64,000 nucleotides of DNA from an uncultured Phycisphaerales bacterium (GTDB taxonomy: Bacteria; Planctomycetota; Phycisphaerae; Tepidisphaerales; Tepidisphaeraceae). Position 1 is the first letter of the stretch. The number at the start of each line of letters is the position of its first letter. The position numbers were made by a program, and so were the translations under genes. The DNA is taken from NCBI GenBank assembly GCA_963755915.1, contig CAVWLP010000002.1:1760001-1824000 (forward strand), given 5' to 3'. Of this stretch, positions 10,085 to 22,264 are shown one piece after another. The notes beneath the pieces are model-generated. The model had not been told where the DNA came from. It saw nothing but the letters and a program-made list of their open reading frames with translations, and did no database searches.

Positions 10085-10654
10085 ATGCTCGTGCTTATCG
10101 ATAACTACGACTCCTTCACCTACAACCTCGTCCAAAAACTTGGCGAAGTAGACCCCTCCCGCGAAATCCGCGTCTTCCGAAACGACAAGGTCACCCTCCC
10201 CGAAATCGAGGCCCTCAAACCCACCCACATCGTCATCTCCCCCGGCCCCTGCACCCCCAAAGAAGGCGGCATCAGCAACGACATCATCCGCCACTTCGGT
10301 CCAAAGCTCCCCCTCCTCGGCGTCTGCCTCGGCCACCAGTGCATAGGCTTCGTCAGCGGCGCCATCGTCGAACGCGCCCCCCGTCTCATGCACGGCAAAA
10401 CCGACAAAATCCACCACGACGGCAAAAGCATTTACGAAGGAATGCCCAACCCCTTCACCGCCACCCGCTACCACAGCCTCATCATCCGCGCCGGCACCCT
10501 CCCGCCGGATTACATCGTGACAAGCTGGACCGACCAGGACGAAATCATGGGCGTCCGCCACACCTCCTGGCCCCTCGAAGGCGTCCAATTCCACCCCGAA
10601 AGCTTCCTCACCGAGCAGGGCGAGCGATTACTCGCGAATTTTTTGAAGAAATAA
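10085..10654 (+). CDS. trpG: Anthranilate/aminodeoxychorismate synthase component II (glutamine amidotransferase; TrpG or PabA not distinguishable here)
   Basis: IDNYDSFTYNL, ISPGP, LGVCLGHQ, RYHSL, GVQFHPES. Confidence 0.93.
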   Translation: MLVLIDNYDSFTYNLVQKLGEVDPSREIRVFRNDKVTLPEIEALKPTHIVISPGPCTPKEGGISNDIIRHFGPKLPLLGVCLGHQCIGFVSGAIVERAPRLMHGKTDKIHHDGKSIYEGMPNPFTATRYHSLIIRAGTLPPDYIVTSWTDQDEIMGVRHTSWPLEGVQFHPESFLTEQGERLLANFLKK

Positions 10655-10700
10655 GTCCAATCCGTTACTTTGTTGGATTATTATTTCCGGAAAGGAGTCC

Positions 10701-12396
10701 ATGCAACTCGATCGGCTCAACAACCAAGACTGCATTGAAGGAATGTCCCAGATTAAGGAAGGCTCCATCGACCTCGCCTTCGCCGATCCCCCTTTCAACA
10801 TCGGTTACAAATACGACATCTACGAAGACCGCCGCAAGGCTGACGACTATCTCGACTGGACAAAGCAGTGGGGCCAAGCCCTCGTCCGCACCCTCAAACC
10901 GACCGGCACTTTTTGGCTCGCCATCGGCGACGACTTTGCGGCGGAGCTCAAATTGATCTTTCAGAAGGATCTTGGGCTTTTCTGCCGAAGTTGGGTCATT
11001 TGGTATTACACCTTTGGAGTAAACTGCAAGCAAAAATTCAGTCGCAGCCATACCCATCTTTTTCATTTTGTAAAGGATCCCAAAAATTTCACCTTCAATC
11101 GGAATTCCATTTTGGTTCCGTCGGCCCGCCAACTGGTATATTCGGACAAACGGGCAAATGAAAACGGGCGACTGCCAGATGACACTTGGATTCTTCGACC
11201 CCAAGAAGCTACTGGAAGCTTCAAACCGACAGAGGATACCTGGTACATTTCGCGGGTCTGCGGAACCTTCAAGGAGCGGGCTGGCTGGCACGGGTGCCAA
11301 ATGCCGGAGCAATTGCTTGGCCGAATCATAAAGGCGTCCTCGAACGAAGGCGAAACTGTTCTCGATCCGTTTGGCGGGAGCGGAACAACCCTTGCAGTCG
11401 CCAAAAAGCTGGGACGCCGTTTTATTGGATTTGAAGTTTCAAAAAACTACGCGAAGCAGATAGAGTCGCGTTTGAATTCAGCACAATTCGGAAGTCCGCT
11501 TTTAGGTGTATTGCCTCAAAGCGACAATCGCCCCGATCATGCCACCAAACGCGTGCAAAGAATTGCCCCGGCCTCCTCCTCCTCGCCCTCTCGTCAAGTG
11601 CCCAGAAAGTCGGACCTGCAATTTTCTGACGCTGGAATTGTTGAAGCTTTTCGCGTAGTTAGGGATGGCTTTCCGGTGGATCGCGTCATCGCAGACCCCG
11701 AGTTGAATCAGCGGTTTGCCGAGAAGTGCGCAGCTTGGGCTCTCGGGTAACCTCTGCAAATGGAACAACCGGTTGATGTACCTTCGTAAAGCGGGCAAGC
11801 TCAAGGGCTTTTCTCGATCAAGAATCACTACATTTGAATACGAAGAAAGGGAATACGACCGATATCGATTCGCCTGCGAGATCGCAATTCAGCATTTCGA
11901 ACAGGATGATTTGACGCTTGATAGTGTATTATGTGATCCAAATCTTGCTTCAAAGTTTGACGAATTCGTCTTAACGATGATTCCTGATAAGCCAAGCTCT
12001 CTAAAAATTCGTTGGTTTGCGCTGCGAATTCGCAAGAGTGCAACGCCAGATTTCAGAAAATCGGCAGCTCAAACTGAGCGCATACCTATGCCAAAGCCGC
12101 GCCAGAATCCTTTTGAGTTGACGCTTTCTGAGTTGCCAGCCCAGCCTGGCCTCTATTGGCTCTCAGGCAACAAGAAGAACCTATACGTTGGGGAAACTGA
12201 TAATCTGCGTGAGCGCGTTAAAACCCAATTTGGCCATCGCAAATTTGATTTTTGGAAGGTGCCACCGGATCATTTGGAGATATCAATTCGTGCTATCGAT
12301 GCCCCCGCGACAACTCTTCTGCAGAGATATCAATCTCGGTGGATTTCCGAGTGGCAACCGATCGGAAACTATTCGAAATTAGCAGCGGCGGAATGA
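10701..12396 (+). CDS. N6A/N4C DNA methyltransferase (beta class), probably fused to a helical repeat domain and a GIY-YIG nuclease (frameshift near 11730-11750)
   Basis: FADPPFN (motif IV) precedes VLDPFGGSGTT (motif I); ORF 11716..12396 has PGLYWL...LYVGETDNLRER; alignment to the downstream paralog runs across the frameshift. Confidence 0.8.
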
Positions 12397-13172
12397 ATGA
12401 TACGCCCGTAAAACAAGCCTTCAAATTGGTCCGGGAAAGCCGCTCGCCTGAATATGTCATTTGTGACCCTGTCCTAAACGAGAAATTCCTTACTCAGGCC
12501 CGACGTCTCGGTTTCGATCGAACTGACGCCGAAATCAATACGGAGCTAATCAATCTACGAAAGGCAAATAAGCTCAAGGATTGCCCTACGAGCAATCGGG
12601 AAAAGCCCGACCCCAATCGGAGACGTTATCTGAACGCGGTGTTGAACGGCGCCCGAATGCTCGAGCGGCAATTTGGAAAGAACGTGGATAATATCATCTG
12701 CGATCCGGTGGCTCGTGCGCAATTCGACGCTTTGATCCAATTTTTGAGTCCTGGAGCATCGAAATTTGAGACCCAATACGCGGCTTTAAGCCTGCGCAAG
12801 TCGAGACGATTACGCCCAGAGCCTATTGGGCAAATCGTTCGTGCTGTTGCGAGTAACTTCGTCAATCTCGTGGAACTGGAACGGCGTATCAATCAGGTAC
12901 CGGATCACCCCGGAGTCTACATGTTCTTTGACGACCAAGTAACTTTGTATGTCGGGAAAGCAGATAGCCTTCGAAAAAGAATAAAGAAACACGTCTCGAC
13001 CTGGTCATACCGCGATATCATCAGTCGGATTCGTGACGGTCTGCAAGCAAACGCGTTCGTCGCCTATCACGAATTGCCCGTTACAATATCGAATTTGGAG
13101 CTTGCCGCTTACGAAACCGAGCTTATTCGCTCAAGAAAACCCGAACATAACCGCGCTGGTCGGATGACGTGA
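12393..13172 (+). CDS. GIY-YIG nuclease family protein with N-terminal repeated CDP domain
   Basis: HPGVYMFF...LYVGKADSLRKRIKKH...ETELI...KPEHN; ATGA overlap with upstream stop. Confidence 0.85.
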   Translation: MNDTPVKQAFKLVRESRSPEYVICDPVLNEKFLTQARRLGFDRTDAEINTELINLRKANKLKDCPTSNREKPDPNRRRYLNAVLNGARMLERQFGKNVDNIICDPVARAQFDALIQFLSPGASKFETQYAALSLRKSRRLRPEPIGQIVRAVASNFVNLVELERRINQVPDHPGVYMFFDDQVTLYVGKADSLRKRIKKHVSTWSYRDIISRIRDGLQANAFVAYHELPVTISNLELAAYETELIRSRKPEHNRAGRMT

Positions 13173-13174
13173 CA

Positions 13175-13537
13175 ATGAGCAAGAGCATTGCCAAGAAGTC
13201 ACTTGAAATGACAAGCCTTTTCGAGGCGGAGGTGCTCGTCCAACTAATGCTCAAAAATTGGGGACATCCAAGCGCTGCTGAGCCTGACTACGCTAACAAT
13301 GTACTCGAAAATGCCGCCGAGGCCCTTCGCGAGGCCATAAGCGGTGCCACCCTCATCGAGGGTGTCCCCCCAGCACAGATGAATCTGATCGCCGCCGTCT
13401 GGTATGTTGAAGATTCCGCGGCAAGCCACGAAGGTTTCGGTGCCGAGGAAATGACCGCAAGACGCAATTGGCTCTCCGCCGTACGCCGCGCCTTACCCTC
13501 ATGTTTTTGCGACCAGTCCGATCTTCAGGAACCCTGA
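13175..13537 (+). CDS. Hypothetical protein
   Basis: Starts just after the GIY-YIG stop; protein-like 120 aa, no motif recognised. Confidence 0.7.
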   Translation: MSKSIAKKSLEMTSLFEAEVLVQLMLKNWGHPSAAEPDYANNVLENAAEALREAISGATLIEGVPPAQMNLIAAVWYVEDSAASHEGFGAEEMTARRNWLSAVRRALPSCFCDQSDLQEP

Positions 13538-13541
13538 CACC

Positions 13542-14345
13542 ATGCCCCCACCCACCGTCCAGCAAACCCGCGACCTCTGGGATCGCATCGCCCCATGGTG
13601 GGACCAGCAGCTCGCCGAAGGAAATGACTTCCAGAAAACCCTCATCATGCCCGCCACCGATCGCCTCCTCGCCCCCAAACCCGGCCAATCCATCCTCGAC
13701 ATCGCCTGCGGCAACGGAAACTATTCCCGCACCCTCGCCCGCAAAGGCGTCAACGTCGTCGCCTCCGACTACTCCCAGAAATTCCTCGACTGCGCCCGCG
13801 CCCGCACCACCCCCCAGGACGGCCAAATCGAATACCTCAACATCGACGCCACCAACATGGCCCAGCTCCTCGCCCTCGGCGTCGATCGCTTCGACGCCGC
13901 CGTCTGCAGCATGGCCATGATGGACATGGTCGCCATCGACCCCATGATGGACGCCCTCCGCGAAATCCTCAAACCGACAGCCCGCTTCGTCTTCTCGCTC
14001 CCCCACCCCTGCTTCAGCTCCAACGACATGAACTTCACCGCCGACCTCGAAATCCGCGGCGAAAAAATCGAGCAAACCTACGGCATAGAAATCCGCAAAT
14101 ACCTCACCCAGGAATCCGGCCGCAGTGTCGGCCTCCTCAACCAGCCCGAGCCCCACTATTTCTTCCACCGCCCCCTAAGCGCCATTTTCGCCGCCTGCTT
14201 CTCCGCCGGCTTCGTCATCGACGGCGTAGAAGAACCCGCCTTCCCCAAATCTTCCTTCGCCAAAAACGCCTTCAGTTGGCCCAAGCGCCCCGAAATTCCT
14301 CCCGCCATCGTCCTCCGCGCCGTCCCCAAACCCGAATGCGACTGA
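13542..14345 (+). CDS. Class I SAM-dependent methyltransferase
   Basis: ILDIACGNG motif I, FSLPHPCF, FHRPLS. Confidence 0.9.
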   Translation: MPPPTVQQTRDLWDRIAPWWDQQLAEGNDFQKTLIMPATDRLLAPKPGQSILDIACGNGNYSRTLARKGVNVVASDYSQKFLDCARARTTPQDGQIEYLNIDATNMAQLLALGVDRFDAAVCSMAMMDMVAIDPMMDALREILKPTARFVFSLPHPCFSSNDMNFTADLEIRGEKIEQTYGIEIRKYLTQESGRSVGLLNQPEPHYFFHRPLSAIFAACFSAGFVIDGVEEPAFPKSSFAKNAFSWPKRPEIPPAIVLRAVPKPECD

Positions 14346-14380
14346 CCCTCCCCGTGTAGCCGCCCCGCTTGCGGGGCGCT
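14346..14380 (+). repeat. GTAG-type REP-like hairpin, copy 1
   Basis: CCCTCCCCGTGTAGCCGCCCCGCTTGCGGGGCGCT; related copies at 20799, 51642, 55418 and 59640. Confidence 0.75.
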
Positions 14381-14407
14381 TTATTCTCTTCAACTGCGCA
14401 CCAATCC

Positions 14408-16504
<2,097 letters not shown>

Positions 16505-16600
16505 GCCTCAGGGTCGAAGACAGTCGAACCGCGCCGCCGTGGAGATTTCCATTGAGCCCCGCGCGCTGCGCCTTATTCTTCTTTGTATTTCCCCCTATTT

Positions 16601-16641
16601 CCCCCTCGCCCGGTACTCCGGGAGAGGGTCGGGGTGAGGGC
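16601..16641 (+). repeat. REP-like unit (same family as the valS insertion)
   Basis: CCCCCTCGCCCGGTACTCCGGGAGAGGGTCGGGGTGAGGGC between convergent genes. Confidence 0.85.
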
Positions 16642-16670
16642 TAAAAAAAAATTCAAATAGCCAACTTAAA

Positions 16671-17670
16671 CTAATCCCTCTCAAAAAAATCCCTCACCAA
16701 ATCCGCATCTTCATCCGGCACCCTCCCCACAGAAGAGATCGTCTTCTGCGAATCCCCCGCCCAACTGCCCGAATTCCAACCCGCAACCTCCGTCTTCCCC
16801 GAAATCCCCATCGCCAAAGTCGATCCATTCTCCCCCCTCAGTGTCGCATGCAAATCCGATTCCCCCATTCCCGCCCCCGCGCCTCCCGCATGTGCCGATT
16901 GTTCACCGATACCCCGAATCTCCTGTCGCGCCCCCAAACCACCCTTCGTCTCCGCCTTCCCGCCTCCCACAGAAGCATTCATGCCCCCCGCATGCGAAGC
17001 CTCATCTCCCGCCAATCCCAACCCCGCATCCGACTCCTCTTCCCGATCCTGCTCAGCCCCCCGATTCGATGAATCCACACCCCCCGCCCCCGGCGGCCGC
17101 GCCTCCCCCAAATCACTTATTCCTTGCCCCACCGAAGCCCCAAACTCCCGCACGGTTCCCGCCAGCGCCAAACGTGCCCCGGCGTTCCCCGCATTATCCC
17201 CTCGACCTCCAAACATCCCCAGCGTGATCAGCAACCCCGCCAGAACGCCCACCCCAGCCCAGCCCCGCGCGCCCACCCGCTTCACCTTCACATCCGACGC
17301 CCGGGCCCACTTGCACCGCTGCTCCGCATAGTTCAGCAGCGCATCGCCCCACCCCGATTTCCCGCCAACTCCCAGTGATTCGATGGTCCCCAGAAGATCA
17401 TCCAGCCCAAGCTGCCGATCCGCCTCCACGGCCGCCTCCAGCCGCGTCGGCAGCCGGGTCACTCCCCAGACAATTCCGCACACCAACCCAATCGCCGGCA
17501 TTCCCCACGCAAGCTGCATCCCCGATTCCCCGCACCACCACGCGATCGGCATCAGCACCACACCCAACCCCGCGCCAGCTCCAAGTCGCAATTGCCAATG
17601 ATTCCAATCCTCGCGCAACCGCGATGCGCCGTCTCACCGCCCCCACAAATTTTCCTGCAGACCAATCCAC
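16671..17670 (-). CDS. Hypothetical membrane protein with Gly-rich tail (frameshift ~17590)
   Basis: TM segments, AAVEADRQLGLDDLL motif, ends LVRDFFERD. Confidence 0.6.
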
Positions 17671-17691
17671 CAGGCTCTCTCCTGAATTTCC

Positions 17692-18342
17692 CTATCCCCG
17701 CCTCCTCAATTCCAACACCGATTCCCTTACGCATTCCAAATGTGGATTGATCTGCAGCGCCTTCTCATAACACTCAATTGCCGCGCTCACTTCGTTGAGA
17801 TGTGCATGACAATGCCCCATCCCCGCCCAAGCTCCAAAATGGCACGGCATCCTTTTTGTCGTCCGCTTGCAGTCCGCAACGCTCCTCTGATAATCCTCGG
17901 ATAAATAATAAGCGATCGCCCTCTGGTTATACGCTTCGGCGAAATCCGGATCGCTCTGTATCGCCCCGCTGAAAAGTTCGATCGCCCTCTTCAAATCCCG
18001 CCGGTCCATCGCCTCCGCCCCCCGGCACACAAGCTGATTCGCCTCCATCGTCTTCCCGCTCCGAAACCAGATCGCCCACAGCGCATGTTCCGCAAGCTCG
18101 TTTATCACCTTGTCCGGATCCTTCAGATGAAACGAAAGCTCCTGCGTACAACACTGCGGCCCCACCAGCGCTAACGCCAGCAGGGCCACTTTCCTCGCAT
18201 CCGTATGCGGCGATCGAAGCAAATCCCTGATCTGCTCCGGATCCCACCTCGTCTTCAGCAGCTCCATCAACCCCGGCAAATCCTTCCGCGCCAAAAGCGG
18301 CTCGACCAGTTCGACGAATTGGCAAGGATCTATTGCGGTCAC
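17692..18342 (-). CDS. HEAT-repeat + tetratricopeptide-repeat protein
   Basis: ARKVALLAL..LKDPD..AEHALW; DPDFAEAYNQRAIAYY; HFGAWAGMGHC..YEKALQINP. Confidence 0.85.
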   Translation of the reverse strand: MTAIDPCQFVELVEPLLARKDLPGLMELLKTRWDPEQIRDLLRSPHTDARKVALLALALVGPQCCTQELSFHLKDPDKVINELAEHALWAIWFRSGKTMEANQLVCRGAEAMDRRDLKRAIELFSGAIQSDPDFAEAYNQRAIAYYLSEDYQRSVADCKRTTKRMPCHFGAWAGMGHCHAHLNEVSAAIECYEKALQINPHLECVRESVLELRRRG

Positions 18343-18430
18343 GGTTGTCTACCCACCATTGGGTTATGTTATGCCCGTCAGACAGGTGGCTTCCAGTTAT
18401 ATCCCGGCAGCCTCTAACTCTTTTAACAGC

Positions 18431-18643
18431 CTATGGATGGCCCGGCTTCTCAAAAACGCTTCCCGTATCCGAGCTCTTTTCCTGCTGGGCCTGGATCGCC
18501 TGGGCGCTATAGGGGTCGGCATACAAGGCCTCCCGTTGCGAAAGAGGCATATCCAGAGGCTTGGGAGTGTAGCCCGTATCCAGTGCCGATGTCCCACATC
18601 CCAGTAGGAAAAGCGGAAGAATTATCCACAAGCCGTGCCGCAT
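18431..18643 (-). CDS. Small putative lipoprotein
   Basis: MRHGLWIILPLFLLGC lipobox, 70 aa. Confidence 0.6.
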   Translation of the reverse strand: MRHGLWIILPLFLLGCGTSALDTGYTPKPLDMPLSQREALYADPYSAQAIQAQQEKSSDTGSVFEKPGHP

Positions 18644-18737
18644 ATTCCACTTCAAATTCCCACCATATGCCGACGCCCACTTGATGTAAAGCCGACCGTA
18701 ACCGGATAAAATCCTCCTCCTTCGGCGGAGACACCCC

Positions 18738-19502
18738 ATGCCCCAAAACACCCAATTCCCTTCCCGCAAAACCAACGCCCCCGCCCCCGGCGACCTCATG
18801 GGCTCCGGCTCCGGAATCCCCTGGGAAGACCGCGGCTCCTTGGGCTTCTTCGGCGCCTTCTTCGGCACCGCCTTCGGCATCATGTTCAAACCCCTCGCCA
18901 CCCTCGCCAAAATGCGCCGTCCCGAAACTTCCACCGACGCGAAAATCTACGCCTATGCCATCGGCGTCATCTGGTTCTTTGCCGCCCTCATCCAGTCCGC
19001 CTTTGCCTACTACATCTTTTACGTCAATGACCACACCCTCGAAATTGACGGCCAGCAATACCTCATCAACTCCCTCCTCGAAGCCGCCCTTGCCGGCGTC
19101 GCCGGCGCCCTCCTTCCCCGCCTGATCGCCTGGATGTTCTTCCGCCTCACCTCCTTCGACATGACCAGCAACACGCCCCCCGTCCTCATATACAACACCA
19201 TCGCTTATCTCATGAGCCCCAGCCTCCTCGCCCTCATCCCCGGCGGCATCAGACCCTGGCTCGACATCGCCCCCTGCGTCGCCGGCATCTGGATGTTCAT
19301 CCTCCTCCTCATCGCCGCCATCGGCCGCCTCCGCATTCGCGTCGGAGCCGCCATCATCGGCTCCATCCTCACTTTCCTCGCTTCCGCCGGCCTGGTCATC
19401 GGCGGTATCTTCCTCATCCAGGTCCTATGGTGCACTCTCCTCAACAAATCCTCCCTCAACCCGATCGCCCCCGTCCCCAACGGCCGAAACCAGATGCAGT
19501 AG
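18738..19502 (+). CDS. Yip1-like multi-pass membrane protein
   Basis: IPWEDR..F..T...P N-terminus followed by about five TM helices. Confidence 0.65.
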   Translation: MPQNTQFPSRKTNAPAPGDLMGSGSGIPWEDRGSLGFFGAFFGTAFGIMFKPLATLAKMRRPETSTDAKIYAYAIGVIWFFAALIQSAFAYYIFYVNDHTLEIDGQQYLINSLLEAALAGVAGALLPRLIAWMFFRLTSFDMTSNTPPVLIYNTIAYLMSPSLLALIPGGIRPWLDIAPCVAGIWMFILLLIAAIGRLRIRVGAAIIGSILTFLASAGLVIGGIFLIQVLWCTLLNKSSLNPIAPVPNGRNQMQ

Positions 19503-20185
19503 CCCAGACTCGAACTCGCCTGCTGGCGCGAATCCACCGCCACTTCCAGACCATCACCGAGCCGATCGCCGTCGGCAGCATTTCGATTCCCTTCACGCGC
19601 ATCGCCAACCCCAATCGCGTGCTCGATGAAATCTGCGCCGAAGAAGACCGCCGCGAAAAACAAACCGGCGTACGCCTCGAAAATCCGCCGCATCTCCCGT
19701 ACTGGGCCGAGCTCTGGGAAAGCTCCCGCGCCCTCGCCTCTGCCCTCTCCCAAATGGACCTGAAAAATTCCCGCGTCCTCGACCTGGGCTGTGGCATGGG
19801 CCTAGCCGGCGCCGCCGCCGCCTCGATGGGCGCCGATGTCACCCTCGTCGATCTCGAATCCCCCGCCCTCCTCTTCGCCCGTCTCAACACCCTCCCCCAA
19901 GCCTGCAAAGTCCGCCGCGTCAATTGGCAAACCGACGACCTAAACCAGCGCTTCGACTTCATCCTCGGCGCCGACATCGTCTACGAAAAAGCCCAGTGGC
20001 TCTTCCTCGAAGAATTCTGGAAACGCCACCTCACCCCCTCCGGCTCCATCCTCCTCGCCGAACCCCACCGCCAATCCGGAGACCATTTCATCGATTGGAT
20101 CCAAACCAGGCACTGGAAAATCGACCAAACCGCCCAGATCGCCAAAGTCCGCATCCTCCGCATCGCATCCTCTCCCTCCGTTTAG
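19427..20185 (+). CDS. Class I methyltransferase, family-16-like (start uncertain, likely near 19500)
   Basis: LPYWAELWESS, VLDLGCGMG, ILGADIVYE. Confidence 0.85.
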   Translation: MVHSPQQILPQPDRPRPQRPKPDAVAQTRTRLLARIHRHFQTITEPIAVGSISIPFTRIANPNRVLDEICAEEDRREKQTGVRLENPPHLPYWAELWESSRALASALSQMDLKNSRVLDLGCGMGLAGAAAASMGADVTLVDLESPALLFARLNTLPQACKVRRVNWQTDDLNQRFDFILGADIVYEKAQWLFLEEFWKRHLTPSGSILLAEPHRQSGDHFIDWIQTRHWKIDQTAQIAKVRILRIASSPSV

Positions 20186-20217
20186 GAGCGTTCCCCTCTA
20201 CTTTCTACGCTCCACCC

Positions 20218-20751
20218 TCAACTCTCTCGCGCAGCCTCCCTCACCCACGCCTCCGTCTGCTTCGGAGAACAAAGCCTCACCCTCCGCGCATGCCCGCAAG
20301 CTTCAGATCGCATAATTTTCGGATACTCCCGTCGATATTTCCTCCACGACTCCAGCGACCAGAGCAAAATCGACTCCTTGGAACAGAACGTCAGCCACCA
20401 GCTCTCCGTATTCCCCGCCCAAAGCGCTTTGCGCGTGTGGGCCCGTCGAATGCTTCGCTCCAGCACGCGCCACATCACCACGCCGAGCGGATAATCAAGC
20501 CAGACAATCGTGTCTGCCCGTGGCCAGATGGTTTGACGAAGCGGAGAATAATTCCCGTCCACGATCCACCTCTCTCCAGAAACCGCCTCCCTCACCCGCC
20601 CCAGCCGCACATCCCTCGGCACCTCCGTCCAGTTCGCCCCCCAGTGCAGCGCATCCAGCTCCACATGCGGTATCCCCAGCTTCCCCGAAAGCGCCCGCGC
20701 CAGCGTCGTTTTCCCGCACCCGCTCGCCCCGAGAATAACAATGCGCTGCAT
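20218..20751 (-). CDS. Adenylate-kinase-like P-loop protein (topology modulation protein family)
   Basis: GASGCGKTT, ELDALHW, WIVDGNY, ADTIVWLD. Confidence 0.88.
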   Translation of the reverse strand: MQRIVILGASGCGKTTLARALSGKLGIPHVELDALHWGANWTEVPRDVRLGRVREAVSGERWIVDGNYSPLRQTIWPRADTIVWLDYPLGVVMWRVLERSIRRAHTRKALWAGNTESWWLTFCSKESILLWSLESWRKYRREYPKIMRSEACGHARRVRLCSPKQTEAWVREAARES

Positions 20752-20798
20752 GGCGCGGATTATGATACATTCGCCCCCACAAACTCACCCCATTTTCC

Positions 20799-20833
20799 CC
20801 CTCCCCGTGTAGCCGCCGTGCTTGCACGGCGCT
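20799..20833 (+). repeat. GTAG-type REP-like hairpin, copy 2
   Basis: CCCTCCCCGTGTAGCCGCCGTGCTTGCACGGCGCT; compensatory stem changes relative to 14346-14380. Confidence 0.75.
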
Positions 20834-20904
20834 TTCCCGCCCAACACCTCAAGACCTACCCACCAACCCAAAAATTATTTCAAAAAAATCCGCGCCCCCA
20901 TTCC

Positions 20905-20947
20905 AAAATAGGTCCAAAACGTACACCTCTGGCGCATATATATAGAG
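20905..20947 (+). promoter_or_regulatory. Conserved AT-rich motif, possible alternative-sigma promoter
   Basis: AAAATAGGTCCAAAACGTACACC..TGG..CATATATATAGA; the core matches revcomp of 54134-54156 at 22/23. Confidence 0.4.
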
Positions 20948-21268
20948 AGACCCTCAAACACGATGAATCAACCTGCCAAACATCCCGCCCACCCCTCGCA
21001 ATTCCCTCTGACGCCCGATCCCGGCGCCCCCAAAACCCCAACCGAAAACCCTTCCCCCTCTCCTTTCCCAGGCAAAAACCCCCCGTCGCAATTCCCGAAA
21101 AAACACGTACACCCCCTGGCCCTGCCCCTAAAATTCTCCACTTCTGTCAACGGTAACGAAACCCCCCGCCACGACCCGGAATCGAAGTGTTCGCCCTCAC
21201 TAACTTCGATTCAATTCCGCATCACTCCATATGATGTCGCAATCACGGAAGCAGCCCACACCCGGGCT

Positions 21269-22264
21269 CTACCCCCTCGCCTTAAGCTCCAGCACCGCCG
21301 TAGCCGCCGCGACTCGCACATTCGGATCCGGATCATCCAGCATCGGCCGCAGATATTTCTGCAAATCCGGCCGCCCGATCGCCCCCATGGCCAATGCCGC
21401 CATGCAGCGATGCCGCGGGTTTTTGCTCTCGCGGGCCGGGACCGCCACGTTCCAACCCTCGTCCGATCCGAGCATCCCAACCCCCCGCGCCGCCGCAAGC
21501 CGCACTTCCAGGTAATCGCCCGTCAGTTGTGCCCGAACGTGCTGGATCACCCGCTGGTCCCCTGTTTCCGCAAGTGCCCGCAAAGCGATGATCTGTTCGT
21601 CGGGATACATGCTGATGGAGTAGGCGACCAGGTGTTCCAACCCCTGCTCGTTCCCCAGCCGCCACAGCGCCTCGGCCGCCTGCACGCGAACCGAAGGCGC
21701 CGGATCGACCAGCAGCATCAACAGCATCTGCGTCGCGCTCGGCTCGCCAAGCTGGCCGAGCACCAATGCGGTTGTTCCACGTAGCGATGGGTCGGAACTC
21801 TGCGCGAATTGCTCAAGCTGCTTGGTCAGCCGCGTGTCCCCGAGCATGTGCAGCCCATACCTGACCCCCGCCTGCACCCGCAGGTCGGGATCATACGCAA
21901 TCTTCCGCAGCGGCTTGTAGGCGTCCACCAGCTTCAGCTTTCCGGCCGCCATCGCAGCCGCAAATCGTACCGGCGGCTGCGGATCGGACAGGCCCGCGAG
22001 GATCGGGCCGGCGGCGTCCGACGGGTCGACGTCGCTCAAAGCTTCAATCGCGTTGGAGCGCAAAAATGTTTCGGGGGAATGCGTTTCAGAAATCAATTCC
22101 TCGCGTGCCCGATCGCGTAAAGCCGGGTCAATCGGCTCCGGCACATACACCGGCGCGGACGGCACCGGCGGCGGCGGCAGAGGAATTTTCGGATCGTTTT
22201 TCGGGCTGGAGTTGCACCCTATAAGTGCCACACTCAGAAACAGGATGATCGCTTTGGTCTTCAT
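21269..22264 (-). CDS. HEAT-repeat lipoprotein
   Basis: ALIGC lipobox; repeated L.D..P.VR.AAA.A units. Confidence 0.88.
   Translation of the reverse strand: MKTKAIILFLSVALIGCNSSPKNDPKIPLPPPPVPSAPVYVPEPIDPALRDRAREELISETHSPETFLRSNAIEALSDVDPSDAAGPILAGLSDPQPPVRFAAAMAAGKLKLVDAYKPLRKIAYDPDLRVQAGVRYGLHMLGDTRLTKQLEQFAQSSDPSLRGTTALVLGQLGEPSATQMLLMLLVDPAPSVRVQAAEALWRLGNEQGLEHLVAYSISMYPDEQIIALRALAETGDQRVIQHVRAQLTGDYLEVRLAAARGVGMLGSDEGWNVAVPARESKNPRHRCMAALAMGAIGRPDLQKYLRPMLDDPDPNVRVAAATAVLELKARG

Noticed and set aside
18622-18630. Perfect DnaA box TTATCCACA
   Set aside because: Single copy inside a small lipoprotein CDS; no cluster or AT-rich unwinding element.
20963-21784. 273-aa ORF after the AT-rich motif
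   Set aside because: Low-complexity Pro-rich start and mostly antisense to the HEAT lipoprotein gene; not supportable as a gene.
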